NCBI GenBank assembly: GCA_963708135.1
Contig: OY970192.1
Span: 3,680,001 to 3,744,000, forward strand
Source: an uncultured Gemmatimonadales bacterium
GTDB taxonomy: Bacteria > Gemmatimonadota > Gemmatimonadetes > Longimicrobiales > RSA9
DNA length: 64,000 nt
Direction: 5' to 3'
Part shown: one piece after another, positions 57,273-64,000 of the stretch
Position numbering within the stretch: position 1 is the first letter of the stretch
Layout of the letters: every line of letters begins with the position of its first letter
The notes under the pieces: model-generated
Told to the model about the DNA's origin: nothing
Seen by the model: only the letters and a program-made list of their open reading frames with translations
Database searches by the model: none
Position numbers and translations under genes: made by a program

Positions 57273-57351
57273 TCTTTGTGTTTCCTTGACGCCATCCACG
57301 CCGACCTTTACACGCCCTTCCCGGCGATCCCCCCATTGTGAGTTCTTTGTG
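57273..57351 (+). promoter_or_regulatory. Putative KdpE-type boxes upstream of the APC permease
   Basis: TCTTTGTG at 57273 and 57344, CTTGACG at 57285, CTTTACA at 57306. Confidence 0.4.
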
Positions 57352-57380
57352 CTGCTTTCGCGCACGGGGGGCGAGGGGAC

Positions 57381-59342
57381 GTGCTTTCGCGGCTGAAGCG
57401 GCTGCTGGTGGGGCGGCCGAGGGACATCACGAACCCCGAGGTCTTCCACAAGATCTCGCTCATCGCGCTACTGGCGTGGGTCGGGCTGGGGGCGGACGGG
57501 CTGTCGTCGTCGGCGTACGGGCCGGACGAGGCGTTCCGCGCGCTGGGCGGAGCCCACTACCTGGCCATCAGCCTGGCGCTGGCGAGCACGGTGACCGTGC
57601 TCGTGATCGCGCTCGCGTACTCGCAGATCATCAAGCGGTTTCCATACGGCGGCGGCGGCTACGTGGTGGCGACGGAGCTGCTGGGGCCGCGGCTGGGGGT
57701 GATCTCGGGGTCCGCGCTGCTCGTGGACTACGTGCTCACGATCTCGGTCTCGATCGCGGGCGGCGGCGACCAGGTCTTCAGCGTGTTCCCGCCGGCGTGG
57801 GCGCACTGGAAGGTTGCCGCCGAAGCGGTGGTGATCGCGCTGATGGTGATCCTGAACCTGCGGGGGGTGAAGGAGTCGGTCACCATCCTGGCGCCGATCT
57901 TCGGGGCGTTCCTGCTGCTGCACGCGTTTCTGATCGTGGCCGGGATCGGGGCGCACGCGGGGGAAGTCGCGCCGACGGCCGCCCGCGTGGCGGCCGGGTA
58001 CCGGCACGGCTTCGCGACGCTCGGGATCCTCGGCATGGGCAGCCTGCTGCTGCGGGCGTACTCGATGGGCGCGGGGACGTACACGGGGATCGAGGCGGTG
58101 TCGAACGGGATCCAGATCATGCGCGAGCCGAAGGTCGAGACGGCGAGGCGCACGATGACCTACATGGCGATCTCGCTCGCGCTGACCGCGGGCGGAATCC
58201 TCGTCCTGTACCTGCTCTACCAGGTCCGGCCGGAGGCGGGAAAGACGCTCAACGTGATCGTCACGGAGCGGTTCGTCGAGCGGGTGCCGATCGGGCACTG
58301 GTTCGTTGCCGCCATCGCGGCGTCCGAGGCGGCGCTGCTCTTCGTGGCGGCGCAGGCCGGGTTCGTGGATGGCCCGCGCGTCATGAGCTCCATGGCGCTG
58401 GACTCGTGGCTGCCGCACCGCTTCGCGCAGATATCGGACAGGCTGGCCATGGCGAACGGCGTGCTGCTCATGGGCGGCGCGGCACTGCTCACGCTGTTCT
58501 ACACGCGCGGCGACATCACCACGCTGGTCACCATGTACTCGATCAACGTCTTCGTGACCTTCTCGCTCTCACAGGCCGGGATGCTGCGCTACTGGCTGCG
58601 GCACCGGAAGCGGGAGGGACACGAGCGCGGGCTCGCGATCCACGGCGTCGCCTTCATTCTGTGCTTCGGCATTCTGGTCGGCGTGCTCTACGAGAAGTTC
58701 GCCATCGGGGGCTGGGTGACCACCGTGGCGACGACGGTGATCATCGCGCTCTGCTTCTGGATCCGGCACCACTACCGTGGCGTGCAGAAGCACATCCGGC
58801 GGCTCGACGAGGTGTTCGCGGAGATGCCCGCGCACGGCGAGGCGGAGCCGCAGCCGCTGGACCGCTCCAGGCCGACGGCCGTGCTGTTCGTGGGCGCCTA
58901 CAGCGGCCTGGGCGTTCACGCGCTGCTGACCATCCAGCGACTCTTCCCCGGATTCTACCGGAATTTCCTCTTCGTCTCGATCGGCGTGATCGACGCCGCC
59001 ACGCTGCACGGCGTCGAGGAGGTTGACCGGCTGCGAGGCGAGACCCAGGAATCGCTCCGCCGGTACGTCGGCCTCGCCCGCAAGCTGGGGCTCTCGGCCG
59101 ACTACCGCATGGAGATCGCGCCCGACGCACTGATCGCGGCGGAGCAGCTCGCGGCGGCCATTGCGAAGGAGTACCCGCGCGCCGTGTTCTACCTCGGCAA
59201 GCTCATCTTTCAGAAGCCGACCTGGCTCGAGCGCCTGCTCCACAACCGGACCGCCGAGAACATCCAGCAGCGCCTCCAGTTCATGGGCCTCTCCGCCGTC
59301 ATCCTGCCCGTCCGGGCCATGGCCGAGGCGCGGGCGGCCTGA
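57381..59342 (+). CDS. APC-superfamily permease, KimA/YdaO-like K+ transporter candidate
   Basis: ADGLSSSAYG, YSQII..FPYGGGGY, DYVLTI, TGIEAVSNG, C-terminal soluble domain with LHNRTA. Confidence 0.85.
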   Translation: MLSRLKRLLVGRPRDITNPEVFHKISLIALLAWVGLGADGLSSSAYGPDEAFRALGGAHYLAISLALASTVTVLVIALAYSQIIKRFPYGGGGYVVATELLGPRLGVISGSALLVDYVLTISVSIAGGGDQVFSVFPPAWAHWKVAAEAVVIALMVILNLRGVKESVTILAPIFGAFLLLHAFLIVAGIGAHAGEVAPTAARVAAGYRHGFATLGILGMGSLLLRAYSMGAGTYTGIEAVSNGIQIMREPKVETARRTMTYMAISLALTAGGILVLYLLYQVRPEAGKTLNVIVTERFVERVPIGHWFVAAIAASEAALLFVAAQAGFVDGPRVMSSMALDSWLPHRFAQISDRLAMANGVLLMGGAALLTLFYTRGDITTLVTMYSINVFVTFSLSQAGMLRYWLRHRKREGHERGLAIHGVAFILCFGILVGVLYEKFAIGGWVTTVATTVIIALCFWIRHHYRGVQKHIRRLDEVFAEMPAHGEAEPQPLDRSRPTAVLFVGAYSGLGVHALLTIQRLFPGFYRNFLFVSIGVIDAATLHGVEEVDRLRGETQESLRRYVGLARKLGLSADYRMEIAPDALIAAEQLAAAIAKEYPRAVFYLGKLIFQKPTWLERLLHNRTAENIQQRLQFMGLSAVILPVRAMAEARAA

Positions 59343-59422
59343 GCCGACGCCTCTTCACGGAGTCTTAGCGGTCCGCACTCCGATCCTCGCGCGCCATTCA
59401 CGGGTCACCGGCCAACTTGACA

Positions 59423-59998
59423 ATGCCGGCGGATGCACCGCCGGCGCCGCGGCCACGGCCGCGCCTCGCCGCCACCGGCTCCGGACCCATGATCGGCCTC
59501 TACCTCGACCTGCTGCCCCACGCGGCGCGCCGGCGCATCGTGACTGCCCGCCGGTGGACGACTCGCGCCTATGCCGACGCCTGCGGTGGGCACTGCCTCC
59601 TCGGCCATGCGGAGAACTGGGGATGGGACGGACGGCGCCCGAGCGCCAACGAAGTCAACTTCGAGACGTTCTCGCTGCGCCGCCGCGCCGGCAATGATCC
59701 GTGGAACCATCCGCCCCTGCTCGCCCACCGCTTCGACCGCCTCTGCGAGAGGTACGGCACCGACCGCGTCGCCGGCTGGATTCGCGCCCGGGCCGAACGG
59801 AAAGAGTGGGAGAGTGGGAGAGTGGGAGACCGGGCGAGGATCGCGGCGGCCGAGCGGGCAACGGCCTCGCAGCGCACGTCGCGACCGCGGCCGCGAACGG
59901 GCCCCGCTTCCGCTTGCGCGCCGCGAGGCGGCCCGCCGGGGCCGGGCACGCGCAGCGTCAGAACCGTAGGCCACGCACGCGCGCCGTCAGAACCGTAG
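59423..59998 (+). CDS. Hypothetical protein; 3' end runs into repeat element copy 4
   Basis: Protein-like core MIGLYLDLL...CLLGHAE...RFDRLCERYG; alternative start 59489; tail from 59804 is repeat-derived. Confidence 0.55.
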   Translation: MPADAPPAPRPRPRLAATGSGPMIGLYLDLLPHAARRRIVTARRWTTRAYADACGGHCLLGHAENWGWDGRRPSANEVNFETFSLRRRAGNDPWNHPPLLAHRFDRLCERYGTDRVAGWIRARAERKEWESGRVGDRARIAAAERATASQRTSRPRPRTGPASACAPRGGPPGPGTRSVRTVGHARAPSEP

Positions 59999-60222
59999 GC
60001 CGGGCACGCGCGGCGTCAGAACCGTAGGCCGGGCACGCGCGGCGTCAGAACCGTAGGCCGGGCACGCGCGGCGTCAGAACCGTGGGCCGGGCACGCGCGG
60101 CGTCAGAACCGTGGGCCGGGCACGCGCGGCGCCGGAATGGGCGCGAGGCCCGGCATCGCGCGGGGCAGGATGCGGCCGGCCCGGAGTCCCCCACTCCCCC
60201 ACTCCCCCACTCCCCACTCTCC
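59804..60222 (+). repeat. GAGTGGGA-ended repeat element, copy 4 (internal tandem expansion)
   Basis: Homologous to 43434-43710 along its length, with an internal 29-bp array. Confidence 0.88.
59941..60131. repeat. 29-bp tandem repeat, 6 full copies plus a partial
   Basis: GCCGGGCACGCGCGGCGTCAGAACCGTAG at 59941, 59970, 59999, 60028, 60057, 60086; no spacers. Confidence 0.92.
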
Positions 60223-60294
60223 GCCCCGAGCGCGGCGCCGGAACGGCCGCCAAGCCCGGCATCGCGCGGGGCGCAATGAACCCGCCCTCGCCCC

Positions 60295-60651
60295 CTACCC
60301 CGGCTCCGGCAGGTCCAGCACGCGCAGCCAGCCGCCGTCCGGCTGCCGCCGGGCGACCTGGACCCGAATCCCGGTCCCGTCGCGGCGACGCGTGGAGGTG
60401 AGCGCCAGGTCGCCCGCGCGCAGAGTCGGCAGCGGCGCCTCCGGCTCGAAGCGGGACACGCGCGCGAGCATGCCCTCGTAGAGGGCGCGGATCGCGTCCC
60501 GGCCCGACGTCGTCTGCCCCGGCGGGTACGCCACCACGGCATCCTCCTCGTACAGCGCGGCGAGACCCGCGGCGTCGCCGGCGTTCGCGCGCTCGACGAA
60601 CAGCCGCGTCAGATCCTCGGGCGTCCCTGCCCGCTCCTCGTTTCGTGCCAT
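60295..60651 (-). CDS. SnoaL/NTF2-like small protein
   Basis: NAGDAAGLAALYEEDAV, GRDAIRALY, VARRQPDGGWLRVLD. Confidence 0.85.
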   Translation of the reverse strand: MARNEERAGTPEDLTRLFVERANAGDAAGLAALYEEDAVVAYPPGQTTSGRDAIRALYEGMLARVSRFEPEAPLPTLRAGDLALTSTRRRDGTGIRVQVARRQPDGGWLRVLDLPEPG

Positions 60652-60970
60652 CCAGGTTCCTCCTTCCGGATCATAGCATCCCTGCCGCGCCCGCGCGCGC
60701 GGCGTTCCTCGAGGTCCAGGAGCATCTTCCGCAACAGGCCATCCAGCCTCTCCCGCTCCGCGGCGGTGAGCGGGACCAGGAGCCGCTCCTCGTTGGCGAG
60801 GTGAGCCTCCAGCGCGCGATCGATCCTCTCCCGCCCCGCCTCCGTCAGCCGGACCCGCGTCCCGCGACGGTCCGAGGGGTCCGGGCGCCGCTCCACGAGC
60901 CCCGCGTCCGCCAGCCGGTCCAGCCGCTTCGTCATGCCGCCGCTCGACAGCAGCGTCGCCCGCATGAGCT
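60609..60970 (-). pseudogene. MarR family regulator, N-terminally truncated
   Basis: LMRATLLSSGGMTKRLDRLADAGLVERRPDPSDRRGTRVRLTEAG present; N-terminal helices missing. Confidence 0.75.
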
Positions 60971-61383
60971 TCGGCACGGCGTCGCCTGCGGGAATGGCGG
61001 CGGCGCGCGCGACGGGCGCGGACGAGGTGCTCGACTGGACGGCGGCCGGATACGCGGCAGGGCTCGCGCCGGTGGACCTGGTGTTCGACACGGTGGGCGG
61101 CGCGGCGCTCGCGGAGTCGCCGGCGCTGGTGCGCGCGGGCGGGCGGGTGGTTTCGGTGGCGGAGGAACCGCCGGCGGGCGTGGACGCGTTCTACTTCGTC
61201 GTCGCGCCGAGCCGGGAGCAGCTGATCGAGATCGGTCGGCTGGGGGATGCGGGAGCGATCGAGCCGGCCGTCGATTCCGTGTTTTCACTGGGCCAGGCGC
61301 GGGCGGCGTTCGAGCGGGTCGAGCGTTCGGGGAAGCGCGGCAAGGTCGTGATCGAGGTGGCGGATGACGAGACAGGAGCGTAA
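60971..61383 (+). pseudogene. NADPH:quinone reductase / MDR-family oxidoreductase, C-terminal fragment
   Basis: GTAS...GADEVLD...VDLVFDTVGG...RGKVVI present; GroES domain and Gly-rich nucleotide loop absent. Confidence 0.8.
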
Positions 61384-62161
61384 GGCGGAGGCGTTTCGCG
61401 CCCTGCACGCGGGGGAGGCGTTCGTGATCCCCAACCCGTGGGACGCCGGCTCGGCGCGGGTGCTCGAGGCGCTCGGTTTCCGGGCGCTCGCGAGCACGAG
61501 CTCGGGCTTCGCATTCACGCTCGGGCGGCTGGACGGCGACGCCACGCTGGAGGAGGTCGCGGCGCACGCGACGGCGCTGGACGTTGCCACGGAGCTGCCC
61601 CTCTCGGTGGACCTGGAGAACGGCTACGGCGCCGCGCCCGAGGCCGCCGCGGCGGCGGTGACGCGCATCGCCCGGGCGGGCGCGGTGGGCGGCTCGATCG
61701 AGGACTGGGACCGCGACGAGGGCCGGCTCTACGACCTCGCCCACGCGCTGGAACGGGTCACCGCGGCCGCCGAGGCCGCGCGCCGGCTGCCGTTCCCATT
61801 CACGCTGACCGCCCGCGCCGAGAACCACATTCGCGGCAACCCGGACCTGGAGGACACGATCCGCCGGCTACAGGCCTTCGAGGCGGCCGGCGCGGATGTC
61901 CTCTACGCGCCGGGGCTCGGCACGCTGGAGGAGATCCGGACGGTCTGCGAGGCCGTCTCGAAGCCCGTGAACGTGCTGGCTCGCCCGCATCTCACGTTCG
62001 CGCAGCTGGCGGAGGCAGGCGCGCGGCGGGTCAGCGTCGGCGGCGCGCTGGCATGGGTGGCCGCGCGGGCCATGGCCGACGCGGCCACCGGGATCCGCGA
62101 GCGCGGGGATTTCTCCGCGCTGTCGGCGCGCATCCCGGTGGAGGAGTGGCTGGGCGACTGA
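61364..62161 (+). CDS. Isocitrate lyase/PEP mutase family protein
   Basis: PNPWDAGSA, ASTSSG, VDLENGYG, GGSIED, AGADVLYAPG. Confidence 0.92.
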   Translation: MTRQERKAEAFRALHAGEAFVIPNPWDAGSARVLEALGFRALASTSSGFAFTLGRLDGDATLEEVAAHATALDVATELPLSVDLENGYGAAPEAAAAAVTRIARAGAVGGSIEDWDRDEGRLYDLAHALERVTAAAEAARRLPFPFTLTARAENHIRGNPDLEDTIRRLQAFEAAGADVLYAPGLGTLEEIRTVCEAVSKPVNVLARPHLTFAQLAEAGARRVSVGGALAWVAARAMADAATGIRERGDFSALSARIPVEEWLGD

Positions 62162-62393
62162 GACGAGCCGGGACGCTCGGGGCCCTGCCCCGGGCGCGAA
62201 GCCTCCGGTGGGGAGCCCCCGCATCTTGACGCCTGGACTCGGCGCGGGGCGGGCGGGGGTGACGGAGGCGACACCGCCCGCGGAGGCCGCGCGGCCGGCC
62301 GCGGCGCCGGCGGCGCCGGCGGGCGAAGCCTCGTCGCCTGATGGGGTGCCCTCGCCCGCCGCCGGCCCCGGTCCCGCGTGCGCCGCGAGGACG

Positions 62394-62420
62394 CCCGGGG
62401 TCCCCACTCTCCCACTCTCT
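62394..62420. repeat. Orphan end of the GAGTGGGA element
   Basis: CCCGGGGTCCCCACTCTCCCACTCTCT between convergent genes. Confidence 0.55.
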
Positions 62421-62453
62421 CCGTCCAGGCTCCGCGCAGCCGGAGGACTCCCG

Positions 62454-64000
62454 TCAGCCGCCGGACACCCCCGCTCCGGCCTGACCCACCTCCGGCACGC
62501 TCTGCTCGAAGCGGGCGAACGCCTGCTCGAGAGCCCACTCGAGGCGCGCCTTCTCGCTGGTCCTGAGGACCGCTTCGCATGCCGGGCCGGGTGCGGAGGC
62601 GACGACGGCGCCGGGGGCCCCCGTCGCCTGACTTCCGGCACCGGGGGCCCCGGCGCACGCGGCGATCGGGCGGAACGCGCGGCGGTCCTTCCAGAGGCTC
62701 GCTCCCTCGACGAAGCCGTGCTCGAGGCTGCTGCGGGCCATGCGCTTGAGAGTCGGATAGTCCAGTCCCTGCTCCTCCACGGCGCGCAGGTACTCGTGGC
62801 TCATGTCGGAGCGGGACACGCCCTCGTCGTCGGTCGAGAGCGCGACGGGGACGCCGTACGCCAGATACGTGGCGAGCGGGTGCGCGGCGCCGGCGACCCC
62901 GAGGATCACGGCGTTGCTGGTCAGGTTGATCTCGACCAGCACGTCCTTCGCGGCCATCTCGCGGAGCAGCTCGAAGGGGTGGTCCTCCGAGAGGATGTCC
63001 ACGCCGTGGCCGATGCGGCGGGCGCCCGCCACCTCGACCGCCTGCCGGATGTGGAAGCGCAGGCCCTCGGGCGGCACCAGCCCGGGCGCGAGCTCGCCCG
63101 CGTGAAGCGAGACGTTCACCTCCGGATCGAGCCGGTGCAGCCAGCCGATCATGCGCATGTGCAGCGTGTAGTCGCGCATGGCAATCCGGTCGTCCTCCGG
63201 CTGCACGAGGTTCAGCCCGACCACGCGCGGGTCGGCCCTGGCCAGCTCGAAGCCGGTCAGGATCTGCGCGAATACGCGCTCCGGCGCCTGCGCGCGGAGC
63301 ACCTGATAGAGGTAGCGGATGGCGACGTCGCAGCCGGGATCCGGGGCCGCCGGCCCGCAGCCGAGGTCCTTCCGCTCCCGGGTCTCGGCGGCGTCCAGCG
63401 CCTGCCTTGCCGCCCCGACGGCCCTGCGAATGTCGGGCAGCAGCTTCTCCCGCAGCCTCGGGAGCGAGTCGTCCCACCCGGCCATGGCGCCGGCGCGCGC
63501 CGCTATTCCCTGGTCCGGCGTGAGCATGAGCTCGAGGTAGGCGACGTGGTCCTCCGCCGCCCGCGTCGCCGTCTCCGCGATCATGTCCCCGGTGTGTCCC
63601 GCGCCCGCGCGCCCGAAGCGGCCGAAGGTGTCGAAGAACTGGTCGTGGCCGTTCACCCGCGCCGGGCTCCAGTTGCGCATCGACCAGGCGTCGATCAGCC
63701 GGCCGTAGAGTCCCGCATCGCGCAGCGCCGCGGCCGCCGGAACCGTGTCCGCCGCCGGGTGGCAGGGCGGCGAGGTGGCGGTCAGCGCGGCGAGGGCGAT
63801 GCAGAGCGAGTCCTCCGCCGCCCAGCGCAGGAAGCTCTCCGCGTAGACCGCCCCCGAGAGGTGGTTGTGCAGGTCGCCGCCCTTGGGCATCTCGCGCAGA
63901 AAGGCGAGAGCAAGGCCGGGGCGGTCGCGGACCGATTCGAGGTAGCGCTCGGCGCGCACTTCGCCGGCGGTGGCGGCGGGGACACGGGCGGCGGCCGGAA
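62454..64000 (-). CDS. Adenosine deaminase family protein; 5' end off window
   Basis: MPKGGDLHNHLSG, HAGEL, RIGHG, STDD; frame stays open to the window edge. Confidence 0.9.
   Translation of the reverse strand, partial: PAAARVPAATAGEVRAERYLESVRDRPGLALAFLREMPKGGDLHNHLSGAVYAESFLRWAAEDSLCIALAALTATSPPCHPAADTVPAAAALRDAGLYGRLIDAWSMRNWSPARVNGHDQFFDTFGRFGRAGAGHTGDMIAETATRAAEDHVAYLELMLTPDQGIAARAGAMAGWDDSLPRLREKLLPDIRRAVGAARQALDAAETRERKDLGCGPAAPDPGCDVAIRYLYQVLRAQAPERVFAQILTGFELARADPRVVGLNLVQPEDDRIAMRDYTLHMRMIGWLHRLDPEVNVSLHAGELAPGLVPPEGLRFHIRQAVEVAGARRIGHGVDILSEDHPFELLREMAAKDVLVEINLTSNAVILGVAGAAHPLATYLAYGVPVALSTDDEGVSRSDMSHEYLRAVEEQGLDYPTLKRMARSSLEHGFVEGASLWKDRRAFRPIAACAGAPGAGSQATGAPGAVVASAPGPACEAVLRTSEKARLEWALEQAFARFEQSVPEVGQAGAGVSGG

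Noticed and set aside
59941..60131. 29-bp repeats as a CRISPR array
   Set aside because: Units are head-to-tail with no unique spacers and there are no cas genes

Overview
Very GC-rich bacterial chromosomal window with about 55 genes. The gene families (PadR-ADOP permease, SusC/SusD, DUF5117-type metalloprotease, several secreted serine hydrolases) suggest Gemmatimonadota or a similar lineage; this is inference. I see no rRNA, tRNA, CRISPR array, transposase or phage. Main blocks: (1) a redox module at 3.6-12.7 kb: TlpA, a frameshifted TsdA-like dihaem cytochrome c, and a divergent operon (Tat-Rieske / four-His membrane protein / membrane protein / Tat-Rieske) behind a sigma54 promoter with three palindromic enhancer sites, next to an NtrC-type two-component system and a porin + small binding-protein pair; (2) HipA-like kinase + DUF3037-like gene, plsC-like acyltransferase, a DEAD-box helicase with a terminator in its leader, gluconokinase, VirJ-like protein, GMC oxidoreductase, yigZ and a second sigma54 two-component system; (3) a peptidase-flanked SusC/SusD locus; (4) a peroxiredoxin-like selenoprotein candidate missed by the ORF track (in-frame UGA in UxxC, with a SECIS-like hairpin); (5) a K+ island: outer-membrane channel, 27-aa small ORF, kdpFABCD, divergent kdpE, a second KdpD-like kinase and a KimA-like APC permease; (6) a deletion joining the truncated remains of divergent marR and oxidoreductase genes. 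Four intergenic copies of a repeat element have inverted 8-mer microsatellite ends with G-quadruplex motifs. Two +1 frameshifts may be sequencing errors. All family calls come from motif recognition, not database searches.
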